A stretch of DNA of 64,000 nt, taken from assembly GCA_964016885.1 (NCBI GenBank), contig OZ024743.1:145886001-145950000 (forward strand). The letters run 5' to 3'. Origin of the DNA: Eledone cirrhosa. Taxonomy: Eukaryota. Every line of letters begins with the position of its first letter. Position 1 is the stretch's first letter. This document shows positions 25,870 through 39,714 of this stretch, piece after piece. Both the position numbers and the translations under genes were made by a program. The notes beneath the pieces were generated by a model. It was not told the DNA's origin. It saw only the letters and a list, made by a program, of their open reading frames with translations, and ran no database searches.

Positions 25870-26960
25870 CACCAGAGAACTCATACTTCTAACACTCTTC
25901 GCATTTTTATACACCTATCCTCTTCCATATGTATCACATGTCTATACCATTGCAATCTCCTCTCCTACACACTCTATCTTATTCATTTCGTGCCTATTTT
26001 CTCTCCCAGTTCATTGATGCTTTGTTGTCATGTACATTCAAATTACACATCTATCAGAGCATATTTGCTCTATTTATTTGAGTCTTCATAGGACCTCTGC
26101 ACACAGATCCCAAGTCTTACTTCCATGCAACATTGCTGTTTGCATTCAAACATCATACAATCTGCCTTTCATTTTGAAAGAAAAACCTTTTATAGCTAGC
26201 AGCTAATTTTTCCACCCCATTTCCATTCTGGCAACTGTACTTACAGAGCATCCACCTCCACTGCTAATTTGGTTACCCAGGTAACAGAAGCTGTCAACTA
26301 CTTCTATGGAGCCCTCTGAGCATTTAATAGAGCTTGTTTCATGTGGACTCTTGCTGTTTACTGCTCTTGTGCATCTACCATACAGAAAGCGTACATTCTT
26401 TGTTTGTCTGCCAGAGATCCTGCTACATCATTTGTGTACCTATAATTTATATTTGGAACATAAAATGGAAATTCTACCTATTCCTTTCCTGCACACTGAG
26501 CAGGGCCATTTCCCTGAGGGGATTGCTACTGTTTTCTTTTCTACTTACAAGGACTTTGCTCTTTGGAAAGTTGATTTTAAGACCTTTTGATTCCAATTTT
26601 TGCTTCCAGATTTGGAATTCCTTCTTTAATTCTGCCACAGATACAGCTGTAAGGACTCAATCATTTGCATATAAAAGTTCCCCTGGGCAACCAATTTTAA
26701 ACTCCTCTATTATGGCCTGGAGGATGATATTAAACAAGAGACGGTTGAAAACTGAGCCCTGGTGGACCCCCATTTGTACACTAAATTCCTCACTCTACTC
26801 ATTGTTAACTCTAACCTTGGTGACTGCACTCTATACATGGCTTATACTGTCTTCACAAGCCACTCATCTAACCATAGTTTACTAAGAGCTCACCAGATTA
26901 TGGAGAAGGATACTTTCTCCAAGTCAACAAATACTAAGTAGAGGGTGTTACTTTTTGCTA
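25870..26960 (-). mobile_element. Degraded RTE LINE fragment, same type as 35150-37440
   Basis: Minus strand reads GVHQGSVF, ELLYAND, IPSGKWPCSVCRKG, DSFCYLGNQIS. Confidence 0.8.
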
Positions 26961-27472
26961 GGTACTTCTCCTGCAGTTGCCTCACAAGGAAGATGGCATC
27001 ATATATATATATATATATTCTCTCACCTTCTTTCGCCCCCTCTGTCAGTTACACTTTCTCTCAACTGGCCTCTTCCTCACACTTCCACTCACTCACTCTC
27101 TGCTTCTCCCCTTCTCACTTCCTCCCATTTGGCCTGAAGTGGGGTCCTTTTTTGCTCACACCTCACTCGCGTCGGACGGTCTGTTGTCTCTCGCTCATGA
27201 AATCCACACAGCTTAAGCTGATCGGACTCGCATGTGCTTGTTTTTTCCTATCTTTGCGTTGCTATCCTTCTATGTTTGTTTACTTGTCTCACTCGCTTTA
27301 CGTGATTTACTTGTCCCAATAGCTTTATTTAGCTATTGCTCGCACCAACTGGAGGTATATGATTTTTAAAGCGATGAAATACCAATGAAGGTTGGAAAAT
27401 CACTGATGAAGGACTATTTTTATCATATGTAACCCATGTGCAACCACGCAGTATTCATTCTTCTCATGTTTT

Positions 27473-27578
<106 letters not shown>

Positions 27579-27581
27579 AAT

Positions 27582-27764
27582 AATTGTTTCTACTTTAGGC
27601 ACAAGGCCAGCAATTACCCAGTGCATTACTGGTACTTTATTTTATCGACCCTGTAAGGATGAAAGGCAAAGTCAACCTCGGCGGGATTTGAACTCAGATC
27701 GTAAAGGGAAGTAACTATGCTGGAAAGCATGGCGTCCGACCCTCTACCGATACTGCCAATCCAC
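27582..27764 (-). mobile_element. SINE family A with 10-bp TSD
   Basis: TAGTAATAAT at 27575-27584 and 27765-27774. Confidence 0.9.
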
Positions 27765-27921
27765 TAGTAATAATAATAAATGTGAAGACTAAAATCCGAA
27801 GAGGGCTCGATAAAGATAATATATAAAAAACCGTAGAGCAAATATTTATTAAAAAGATCCCATTAAGGGTGAAAGCAGCGATTCTTTGCTTAAACTTTAA
27901 TCTGTTATTTTAATAAATATA

Positions 27922-28032
<111 letters not shown>

Positions 28033-28609
28033 ATTGTATAAAAACCAATTAGACCATTACCAGAGTACTCGATACTTGGGATAGTAGAGTGGGTAATATG
28101 AAAAATTCAGGACCCCGACGACTGAGCTCCTGTCATTTCAACAGCTAGATCCAAACAGAATCACTGGTTTTCTGGCGGCGAGAATAGCTAACGCATGGAC
28201 AAAGCAGTAAAACAGTCAAAACATGAGTTTAAAACAAAGAAAACAAAAGGTGAAAATAGAAGACATATGTGGTTGATAAAAAGTATGCACAAAAACATAA
28301 ACAATGTGTGTACAGTAGAAATATTTATAGCAAATACAAAGACAAGAAATGATCTGGTACTTTAGGTTAAACATTTTATCAAAGTAGAGACAGAAAAGAA
28401 TAAGAAGTAAGAAAAATGTTTGAAACAATACTCTTATGTGTGTGTGCGTGCGTGTGTGTGTATGCGCGCGTGTGTGTCTGCGTGCGTGTGTGTGCGCGAG
28501 CGCGCGTATGTGTGTGTGTAGGATGCTTGTCTCATATTTGTAGTTGTCCACAAAATAGGAAGACCTCAATATTCAAAATAGAGTTTTAATAATATCGAAA
28601 ATGATTGTC

Positions 28610-29330
28610 TACAGTGCTCATGTGCACTACAACTCATCAAAGATAAATGTATAGCACATAGAATAACTGTTTCTACTTTAGGCACAAGGCCAGCAATCAC
28701 CCAGTGCATTACTGGTACTTTATTTTATCGACCCCGTAAGGATGAAAGGCAAAGTCAACCTCGGCGGGATTTGAACTCAGATCGTAAAGGGACGTAACTA
28801 TGCTGGAAAGCATGGTGTCTGACCCTCTACCGATACTGCCAATCCACCACCCTCTAGCACATAGAATAACGTACAACAGTTACGAAAGTAAACAGTGTAT
28901 GAGTCATGATACACACACAGATACATGCGTGTGTGTGCATGGAGGAGGAATATCAGGTGTAGTGTTGGCGAATTTCGGAAAGCATGGAAGTTTTGAAATA
29001 TGCAGTGTTTTGACAGCTAACAACTGATGCAGGTAGTTTGTTCCATGCTTCAGCAACTCTGAGCATGAAAAAATGTTTCCGAAAATCATGGGAGCTGTGC
29101 TGTTTTCTGACTTTCTAGGCATGCCATGGGTGTTAGACATATGGAATTCAAAAAGGTGCTGAGGGTTGTTGTTGGAAAGATGGTTAATAACCTTGTGGGT
29201 GTCTACTAAGTCAGTTGCCAGATGTCGGAGTTTTAATATATCCATGCCCAGAGAAGCAAGACATTCAGAGTATGGTAGATGCCTGAGGGAGGGTATTCGC
29301 TTGGTCGCACATCTCTGAACAATTTCCAAT
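28610..29330 (-). mobile_element. CR1 LINE 3' fragment (family of 41866-45050) interrupted by a SINE
   Basis: VQRCATKRIPSLRHLPYSECLASLGMD matches ORF 41974-43266; shared 3' UTR GTGCTCA.GTGCACTACAACTC. Confidence 0.9.
28668..28854 (-). mobile_element. SINE family A inserted in the CR1 3' UTR, 16-bp TSD
   Basis: TAGCACATAGAATAAC at 28652-28667 and 28855-28870. Confidence 0.92.
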
Positions 29331-29773
29331 TGTATAAGTAGATTTATTCATATCCTTGCAACATGGCCAAAATGTTTCACCAGAGAAGAAATGAGGTGCT
29401 GTGAACTCACTCTCTATATTATATTGGTTAGGTTAGAGGATGAAGAGAGTCAAATGAACACCTACACTTTTACACTCCTTTAATTTTTCTACACCGACAA
29501 CCACCCTATCTCCAGTTTTTCACACTCCTATTAAATTGATTTCCCCAAAACACTATTATTCACTAAACCTAGTCTCCATTGTTCTAACTTTTTGCAGTTG
29601 TTCATTCATCTTCTACTTGTGCACATTATTATTCATGTCTAAGTGCATTGTTATTTTCTGCATTGACTGAATAATTGCAAATAAAATTATAGGCTAGTGT
29701 GGGAAATTCCACAAAAATTTTAATTGAGTCAGGCCAACACAATCACGATTGCATCATCTTATCACTCTAAATA

Positions 29774-29995
29774 ATGGTTTCTAATTTAGGCACAAGGCCA
29801 GCAATTTTAGGGGGAGGGGGGAAAGTCAATTAAATCAACCCCAGTGCGTGACTGGTACTTTATTTTATCAACCCTGTAAGGATGAAAGGCAAGGCTAACC
29901 TAAGCAGAATTTGCACTCAGAATGTAAAGTCCTGTAACTCTATGCTGCAAAGCAGGGTGTCTGATGCTCTACTGATACTTCCAATCCACCACCCT
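29774..29995 (-). mobile_element. SINE family A, longer and more diverged variant
   Basis: Family consensus with an extra G-rich segment; flanking ACTCTAAATAAT duplicated. Confidence 0.85.
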
Positions 29996-30388
29996 AAAAA
30001 ATACTCTAAATAATACACTCATGATTTACTAAAAGAAAAAGAAAGAAAGGAAGAATATGAACACATAATTATTCATTACAATTGTCTTACTCTCCAACAT
30101 TCCTGTTACAATTTTCCCCCAACATAAAACTCATAACTTTCTTTATTAACAGAGGATCAGTGAAGACAAATGCTGTTATTTTTTTTATTTTTCTTCCTCC
30201 AAACTTTAGATATACCTCTCCTGGAGTACTTTATTCAATTTTCTCAATTATAATTTATAGTAATCAATTATTGTTACAATGGGACGACTACGTTTCAGAT
30301 TTCAAATGTTCTCAATGTTTAACCATATGTTCATATATATATATATATAAAATGACAATAAGAATTACAGCTTTTTGTAAACTTTATT

Positions 30389-30476
30389 TCATATTACAAT
30401 TGTTTCTATATCAATCAGCTCAGGTTTGATTATGGGATCAGATCCCGACTCTTAATTGACACTTCTTCAGATATGA
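30389..30476 (-). ncRNA. Type I hammerhead ribozyme motif with long stem II
   Basis: Minus: TCATAT CTGAAGA A GTGTCAATTA...TGATTGATAT A GAAA CAATTG TA ATATGA; 6-bp stem I, palindromic stem III, GUA site; then AATAAA and (TA)n. Confidence 0.75.
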
Positions 30477-30830
30477 GAGTTTACATGGGTGGCCCTATCC
30501 AAACTGTTGACATATGTCTCGTTTTATATATACATGTTATTGGGTTATTGTGGGTGGTTTAGAGACGTGAGTGGGTAGATGGAGAATAAATTTCAATATC
30601 ACAGAAGTGATGAATTGCAAAGAATTGTAAGTGGGATTGGTATAGAATGTTTTTAGATGATATATATATATATGATGATGATTATATTGATGATGATGAT
30701 GATGATGATATATTGCTTTAGTAATTTTCTTTAATGGATACTCAATGCTATATGAAAAAATCGAAACTAGGGACAAACAAATTATACATAGAATCAAACA
30801 TATGTCATTTTCCAAAGTTCACTTTTAAAT

Positions 30831-31135
30831 AATTGTTTCTACTTTTGGCACAAGGCCAGCAATTACTCAGTGTATTACTGGTACTTTATTTTATCGACCC
30901 CATAAGGATGAAAGGCAAATCTAACCTCGGTGGGATTTGAACTCACTTTTAAATAATTGTTTCTAGTTTAGGCACAAGGCCAGCAATTACCCAGTGCATT
31001 ACTGGTACTTTATTTTATCGACCCCGTAAGGATGAAAGGCAAAGTCAACCTCAGCGGGATTTGAACTCAGATCGTAAAGGGACATAACTATGCTGGAAAG
31101 CATGGCGTCCGACCCTCTACTGATACTGCCAATCC
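30831..31135 (-). mobile_element. Tandem SINE family A (truncated plus full) with triplicated target sequence
   Basis: CACTTTTAAATAAT at 30820, 30944 and 31135. Confidence 0.9.
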
Positions 31136-33654
31136 ACTTTTAAATAATATTGCTTACTTGGAGAAGTGTGTATTTGTCTATCTTTATGTAACATTCTGTT
31201 AGTCTGTCTACCTATCTTTATGTATTCTTACTGTTATTGTATTATAAGACAGTGGAAACAGGCATACATACAAAAGTGAAACCTGTATATAGTCACTGAA
31301 CCTGTTATAAATAGCAACAAAATCACACCCTATCATCTTAAAGAAATCTTGAATAATGTAATCCTAGATATACTCTTAAAAACACAAGAAGCTAATGGTC
31401 AAAATAATTCTTATCAAAGATACTTTAGTTATGCTAGCTATGCATGCAGATAAAACATTGATTAAGGATCTATTACTCACAAAACACTGTCTTATTGAAG
31501 GCATGAATTATTTTTTGAAGTAGAAGCAGTTGGTTGCTGATTTGGTATGGGGATGGACAAAATACCTTGCAGTAGGTTCAAATCCTGCTAGTATTAACTT
31601 TGTCTTTCATTCTTCCCCAAAAATATTGAGCCAATTTAATGAACTGCGCCATCACACAAAGTATATTATGAATTTATCTTTTTATTATGCTTAATAGTAG
31701 AATAAAAAATATAATCCATAAAATCAACAAATTTAAACTCAAAATATTTTACAGAAAATGACACTCGTGAGATTACACACTTTATAGGATGGTAGAAAAA
31801 TTGTTCTAAAGCTTTTATTTCTCACTCAATCTCAAAACTAATTATTGATGAAGATACCAACCCATCCAAAACCACCTCTGGTCCCATAGATCAAAACATT
31901 ACCTGTGTAAATTAAAATCTTCCTACATAATTTTATATAGCAATCATACATTATGTTGCAAACACCATCTTAATAATTATATAATTTTAGTAAAACCCTC
32001 CAAATTCTTCATTAATCAATTCAAATACAGTGTACATTATTTGAGCTATGGTAATGAAAGGGTTAATGTAAATGTCCTCTGTTTACTTGATTTTAATGTT
32101 TACCACAATTTTATTTCTCCTGATGATATTTGACATTACACTCAAATTACAAATTGACATCATTCATGATGTTATTAATGTTGTAAAGTTCCAGCTTCCA
32201 TTTTTGTTAGTTGCTTGTCCATTTAAGACAAAGGTTTGTTTGTTTTTAATCAAGATGGCTCCTACTACCTCCTCATGCTGCATATTTTTACTTTTGGGGA
32301 AGATTTTGTATTTCTTTCTATTTTCCTTTGTATAGAATATATTCCTATGCATTCAAAAATATTTGCCTCTACATTCTGTTAGGATTTGAGACATGAAAAA
32401 GGGGACTGATGTTGCCCCAATGGTAGATGGAGAGAACAGATCCTAAAATGGTCTCCATGTTAATTATGGGAAGAATTCAATGCAATGACTACAAACAGGA
32501 ATAAAGTGAGGAAACACATTTCATACTCTGCTGTAAGCCGAAACAACAATTAGCTGATATAGAGTGTTTGAAATATGCAGTGACTGTTACCCTACTTTAT
32601 AGTTTGAGCAGAGGCACTTATAGCATCTATTCGTCCTTCACAACCTCAGCCTTATGGAACTTAGCATGGCCATAGTTTCTAAAACGCATTTCCAGCTCTG
32701 ATTATATAGTTTTTTGTTGTTGTTGTTGTTGTTTGTTTTGTTTTTTTGTTGTTTTTTTGTTATCTTTTATGCATACAACTTTGGCAGTATGCTTTATCAA
32801 AGGAAATTATTGGAAATGAGAAATTACTTCCCTTTAACTGAAAATAAGAATAAAGTTAATTGAGATAGTTCACTATAAATTGAGTATTGAGATATTATAG
32901 AAATGCATATGGAATAAATAACTGATATTTATTTGTAATTTAACAAAAGCAAAAAACAGAAGATAAAAATAAATATATTTATTTGCAAATATTGATTTCC
33001 AAATGACGTTTTAGAAAGTATAGTTACATGCATATATATTTACAAATTAATTTTATTTTAAAATGCAGTATTGAGTTTTAGTAAAGTAGTGTTCAGTTTT
33101 GAAACATATTTTCTAATTGATCATTGAAAATAAGATTGATAATCATATAATGACTTTTGTTCTGATTTATAAAATGCTCTTTTAATATGATAAATGCTAA
33201 AACAATCTTTCGGGCACATATTAACCATATATGAGCACCATGTTGTTATGTGTGAACATTTTTCTTACTATCATACTTTTATTTAGACATGTAAAACATC
33301 TGCAATGTCCCCCTTTTTTTAGTTCCTGTTGATAACATGCAGTCTTTCCTAGAAATTTACAGCCCAAAACCTATCAATATTGCTTTTAGCAACAAGCTGC
33401 CAAATAACATCTCTATTGAAATCTATAAATTTGATAAAAACTATTCCTTTTCCTTGATAAGTACCTATTGTACTTGTTCAGCATTGTTGACTTATTATGT
33501 TGAGAAAGAGTGTTGACTGATTTTCTAAAACATCTCATTCCAGGTCGACATGCATTTAGGCTTTTGCAAGTTTTCAATGACTCAATATGTTTTGTTTTGT
33601 TTTGTTTTTTCTTATTTCTAAGTATTTCATTTGTTCAAGGAGTTATTTTGTCCC

Positions 33655-34100
33655 TATCATGATCATCATCATCATCATCATCACCATTTTACGTCCATTT
33701 TTCCACCCTAGCATGGGTTAGACGAGTTGCTCTGTTGTGGGCAATGCTAGGTCAAGTGACCATGTCTTGCTCATACAGAACTGATTTTGGCTTGGTTGCT
33801 ACAGCTGGATGCCCTTCCTAACACCAACCTCATTTACAGTGAGTACTGGGTGCTTTTTGTTATGTCGCCTACACAACCTCTTTAGAGTAGACTGGGTGTT
33901 TTTTGTCATGACACCAACACATCCACTTTACAGTGTGGGCTGGGTGCTTTTTGTCATGACACCTACATGACCACTTTACAGTGGGAGGAAGGGGCTGGGT
34001 GGGAGGACATACTGTGTATATGCTTCGGCTTTGGCCTGTGCCCATGGGAAGTCAGGTTTTCTGTATTACTGCATAACGCCAGAGATCTCAGTCCTGTGTC
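33655..34100 (-). mobile_element. RTE-tailed SINE-like element (family C) with about 3 internal repeat units
   Basis: Homologous to 24785-25640 and 63921-64000. Confidence 0.78.
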
Positions 34101-35147
34101 CCTATATATAATGTATATATAATGATTTCTTTATGGAATGTTTCAAACATTCTTACATTATGTTTTCCAAATAAAACAAATTATGACATTGTCTCTGCAA
34201 TCACCAGATTTTAGCTTAGAAAATTCTGGGACATTTTTTCCTGCTTCCTTAAGAGCCAATATCTTATTTAAAAAGCAAATTAAGACTGGAGTAACAACAG
34301 TAGGTATAGAAAAAGTGGCCTTTTCCTTCATACTTTGGTACTTTTTCATTTATAATGTATCCATAATTTTCAAAAGGATTAATTTTGGAAATATCAACAT
34401 CTGCACTTATTTACAAAATTATGTCTAAGGCTATACCTGTTTCACAATCACAAAAAAATTTTGATTCTATATTGCAAAATAATAACTTTGATGACTTGCA
34501 AATTTATAGAATAACATTTATCTCTTTAATCAAGAATTTCACAATTGAATTTTTTTTTTATGTGTAGGAAATATTTTCTTTTCAATGTTAAAGATTTCAT
34601 TTGTTTATCACAATCACTCATTTTCACTAAAAAATTCAATGTTATCAAATGATAACAAGCAATCATGGAATCATGACCAGTGTTTATTTTATTGATGTTC
34701 TATTTACATGTGTCATGAGAAGAATGAGTATTTAAAAGAAGTACATTTCGGTACATTGATGGCTTTTGGACAGATTTTAGTGAACACCACAAAAAAAAAT
34801 TCTGTTGCCTTTTGGTATTTTCCATGATCATCTGTTTCCATTTTCTACAGTTTAGTTTCCTGTTGTAGAATATATTCTAGTATATTTTGACAATGAGCTC
34901 ATGGAAATGGGTCTAAGATTCCAGACTTCTTTTCGGAAAATAAATCATCAGATGAAACAAATAAATCTGCATTTGTTCTCAAAACTATACAACTTTTCAC
35001 TCACCTAGTTATGTACAGACTAATATACTGAATGAAGTAAGATAAAAGAAATATTTAAATAAAATGATTACCATTAACGACAATTCTTGTAAAAAGGAAC
35101 AAGGGAGAGAACTCTTAAATTTATATTGATTAAAAATAGAGGTATCT

Positions 35148-37440
35148 TATCATCATCATCATCACCATTTTACGTCCGCTTTTCCCTGCTTGCAAGGTGG
35201 GATGGGTCCTATTTAGCACAGCATCTCTCCACTTCATCATATCCTCGGTGAGTTTCAGTGATCTGAGGTCTGCTCTCACCACCTCCACCCATGTTTTTCG
35301 TGGTCTTCCTCTACTGCGTCTTTCTTCAACTGGCATTTCTTGGCACTTCTTTACCCAGCAGTCATCCTCCATGCACATCACATGTCCATACCATCTCAGT
35401 CTTCTCTCCTGCACACACAACTTATCCCTCCTATACCCAGTTTCTCTCTCAACTCATCTATGCTTGGTCGTTCACGTACATTGACATTGCACATCCAACG
35501 GAGCATGCTTGCTTCATTTCTCTCCAGCCGTCACATATCCTCTACAGTTGCTGCCTATGTCTCACTACCATGCAGCATCGCGCATCTCACATAGGCATCA
35601 TATAACCAGCCTTTCGTGCGCAGGGAGAAACCCTTCTTTGTCAACAGAGGAAGCAGCTCCTTAAACTTCTTTCAACCCGTCCTTATTCTAGATACTATGG
35701 TCTCGGAACACCCCCCACCGCCTCCCATGCTAATCTGATCACCTAGGTACCGGAAGCTATCACCCACTTTTATAGAACCCACCTGCATTTGAAAAATGTG
35801 TCTATCACTGCGATTACTACTGCCAAATTTCCCTGCACATCTACTGCATACGTAGTTTTCCCTACCTGTTAGTTTGCCTGCTATCCCACTACATCTCTTA
35901 TGTACCCAAGATCTGCATTGCATACATTTTATAGAATTTATGCCAGTTCCGTTTCTATATATCGGACATGGCCATTTCCCTGATGGAATCAGAGTTTAGT
36001 CCTCTCTTCTACTTATCAACACTTTTGTCTTAGCTATGTTCACTCTGTCCTCTTGATTTCAACTGCTGTTTCCAAAGCCAGAATTTATTCTCTAGCTCCT
36101 CTACTGATTCTGGTATAAGAACCAGATCATCAGCATAGAGAAGTTCCCATGGGCATCCAGTCTTAAACTTCTGTTATGTCTTGGAGGACTATAATGAACA
36201 AGAGCAGGCTGAGGACCTACTTGTATCTGGAATTCCTCACTAAACTCCATTCCTACCCTCACTTTACTGACAGCACCTCTGTACATAGCTTGCACTGTCC
36301 TCACATGCCATTCCTCTACACCTAGTTTCCTTAGGGATCACCAGATGACAGATCGGGTTACCCTATCAAAGGCCTTCTCTAGGTCAACAAAAGCGAAGTA
36401 TAGTGGCTTATTCTTCTCTAAGAACTTCTCTTGTAGTTGTCTCACTAAGAAGAGGGCATCTGTTGTACTTTTCTGAGGCACAAAACCAAACTGCATCTCA
36501 TCTAATTTGACCCTTTCTCTAATCAGTTGCGTTAATATTCTCTGTGCCACTTTCATAACCAAATCCATCAGTTTTATGCCCCTATAATTGCTCCTCTCCA
36601 GAGCATTCCCTTTACCTTTGTAGCAATTTATGAGAATACTGCTGCGCCAGTCTTTGGGTATGACACCACCATATATAACTTGATTGACAATGCGTACAAC
36701 CAGTTTAGTGCCTACTTCTCCTGATGCCTTCAGCATCTCAGCAACTATCCCCGATGGTCTGGCAGCCTTACCATTTTTCATTTCCTTAATTGCCTCTTGA
36801 ACCCTATATTCGTCAATCTCAATAGCTGGTCCCTCTGTCGGGTCTACTGGGGGTAATTTCTCTCTCCCATTCGTTCTCCACATTCATCAGTCTCTCATAA
36901 TGACATTCCCAGGCCTCCTTTTTTTATCATTCATGACACTAAGTACACCGGCATCATTCGGGACACACTTATCTCCAACAACATCCTGATTTGCACTGAC
37001 ACACTCCCTTGCAATGCGGAACACCACACATCTCTGATCTTCCCGTCGCAGAACATTGGCAAACCTACTACTCTAAGTACACCTGACGTCTAGCTTCTCT
37101 CTTAGCAGCTGTGTATCCTTCTCTACTCCCACCATTTTTCCAAGCGTTCCATGCTAGTCTTTTGTCTCTAATGGCCCTATCTACCATGCTGTTCCACCAC
37201 CAGGTCACTCTCTGTCTGGTTGGAGCTCTGCTCCAGCCACAAGTTTCTTCAGTAGCCTGCAGTAAGTTGTCACGTAAGAAATTCCAGTTATCATCTATGT
37301 CATACGACTCTAAATTGTCTTCTTTTTCGTCATACACATCTTGAAGGCTTTCCTAAATTTATATTTTAGTGAAAGGTCTTTTAGCTTCCAGACCTTTCTT
37401 TTCCACACCTTCCTGTATGTCTCATTCCGTCTCTTGCTTA
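35148..37440 (-). mobile_element. RTE-clade LINE, 5'-truncated and frameshifted, with a PHD-like Cys/His insert
   Basis: NYRGIKLM, QFGFVP..STTDALF, FVDLEKAFDRV, QERRLRWYGHV, RGRPRKTW; CMQCRSWVHKRC..VCSRC; (GAT)n tail. Confidence 0.93.
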
Positions 37441-37451
37441 CTGAGAAAATT

Positions 37452-37713
37452 ATTATATACAGTGCTCAAGTGCACTACAACTCATCAAAGGTGCATGTAT
37501 AGTACATAGAATAATGTACAAATGTCAGGAAAGTGAACAGTGTATGAGTCATGATATACACACAGATACATGCGTGTGTGTGTATGGAAGAGGAATATCA
37601 GGTGTAGTGTTGGCGAATTTCAGAAAGCATACAAGTTTTGAAGGATGCAGTGTTCCAACAGCTAACAACTGATGCAGATAGTTTGTTCCGTGCTTCAGCA
37701 ACTATGAGTGTGT
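37452..37713 (-). mobile_element. CR1 3' end fragment
   Basis: Homologous to 41885-42090 and 28610-29060. Confidence 0.85.
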
Positions 37714-37780
37714 AAAGAAAGCAAGATTTTAGGTTTTGCATGAAAATTATTTACTGATTTGGCAATTAAAAATAATGACA

Positions 37781-37975
37781 TTGGAAATTTTCCTATGGAT
37801 ACCTTCTGCATGTAGAACATATAATTAAGTGCAGGCTAACATACTGCAGGTAATAAGTCAATTGAAATCATGCCCATAATGAGAAGAAAGGTCAATTTCA
37901 ATTGATTAAAAATTATTTTGGCTCACTACATTCTGTAAGTTCTTCATGCAGAAGGCACCTCTTGGAAATTTCCCA
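37781..37975. repeat. Degenerate foldback, MITE-like
   Basis: GGAAATTTTCC..CCTTCTGCATGTAGAAC / GTTCTTCATGCAGAAGG..GGAAATTTCC; inner TCAATTGAAAT / ATTTCAATTGA. Confidence 0.65.
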
Positions 37976-38649
37976 GTAATCAATACACTTGCTTGTTGAT
38001 CACTTTCAGTACTTCACTGTCTAATGAAACATCACTCAAATTAACAAATTATTTTTCCTTATAAATTCTTAGCATAATTTATCTCTTCTGTAACTGCAAA
38101 AGCATTAAGTGAATTTGTTTACTTCAAAGAAAGGAAGTGAAATAAAAGAAATAATTATTTCTAATCATGTAGATATTTTCATCCAATGAAAACAAATTTC
38201 AAGTCTAAAGTTTGTTGTTGTTGCTATTACTGCTGCTGCTGTTGGTGTTGTTGTTGTTCTTGTTGCTGCTGCTGTTGCTGTTGTTGTTTCCCAATAGCAT
38301 TCCAATATCAGCTAATAAAATATATATGATTAAGGCTGAGATTAAGTAACATAAATATTATTTCTAGCTGCAAATACTTAAAGAATGTGTACAAGAACTG
38401 TAGCTTGCATCTCTGTGAAATGAGTAAATTAACAACTTATTTGTTTTCTATGACATGCCTCTTATATTTTTATAGATGTGTGTAGCATTTAAATTATTGA
38501 AAGAATCTAAAGTAAATAATCAACGAATAAAGTCAAGTATTTACTTTCAATTTTTTTTCCCTTATACTCACTTTTCTTTAAAGTGCACTACTCATCTTTA
38601 AAGTATTTTTAATCTAGATAAATATTCTACTTTAGTCAATGCCCTCAGA

Positions 38650-38864
38650 TTAACCCTTTAGCATTTAAACCAGCTGTGTCCGGCCAGAATTCTCTCACCT
38701 CCTTCTGTTCAAACTGGCCATAACCGGCTGCTCATACAGATGTTAAGGTATTGTTCCCAAAATAAATAACATCAAAATCTCATAGATCTGATATTATGTG
38801 AGATAAAGCTTTTACCACAAAAATACAATAGTAAATATAGAGTATTGTAAATGCTAAAGGGTTG
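38650..38864. mobile_element. TTAA-type MITE, second copy
   Basis: TTAACCCTTTAGCATTT..AATGCTAAAGGGTT; homologous to 14317-14557. Confidence 0.75.
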
Positions 38865-39714
38865 GATGGATATTACATGCAAACACTGACACCTTTTGAT
38901 TTATATATCTTAATTAGTTCTGCAAGCTACTATAATTCTTCATGTTCTTACACATACATTTGAAAGAAGAATTCTGTTCTTTTGCAATTATAATACAATT
39001 TTAAGATTAACGTAATAATGTTGATATGGTGAAACATGGGGCCTATAAGTGTTAGGGTTTAGTTAGTATATTGGTCTGGGGCACAGAAAGCCAAAGAAAA
39101 GTTTGTGCCATGTCTAACACTCCGCTCTCTTTGAATTTTTAAAGTGGCTCCCCAAACCTGGGACCCCAAAAACCTAGTTTTCACATATTAATGGATGCCA
39201 TATAGGAGAATAACCCAAAGTGATGGCAGCTCAGAAAGGACAATCAAGAAAACATGAAACATGGAAGTATGTTTTGATCAGCCATGTTGTATCTATGGGA
39301 TGAGCAAAATTGTTTTTAAAAAGTAATTCTACAGCTCATTCAACTTTTACAATAACAAACTGATAAAAATAATTTGTGATGCTGGTTTCATTTGTTGGAG
39401 TGAAGTGCCACAAATATTGAGGTATGTGTATGAAGCTGATGGTCATACATTTCATGATCTTTTGAAAATAATGTGTTATTTGGTGGCAAGATGCAGATAT
39501 TTTTCATTAATTTTCAACAAACACTTCCTATCTTAAAGAAAAGTGGCAGAGCTGATATCAGAAACATGGTTGACTCATTCTTCCTTTTGACAGAATGATG
39601 AAACTGAAGCTTAACCAGGAATATACAACTACAAAATGAAAAGAATCATGACTATACTGATGATTTTTTCCTTTGTATTATAAGAGGATCACTACCACCA
39701 GTCACAAAAAAAGT

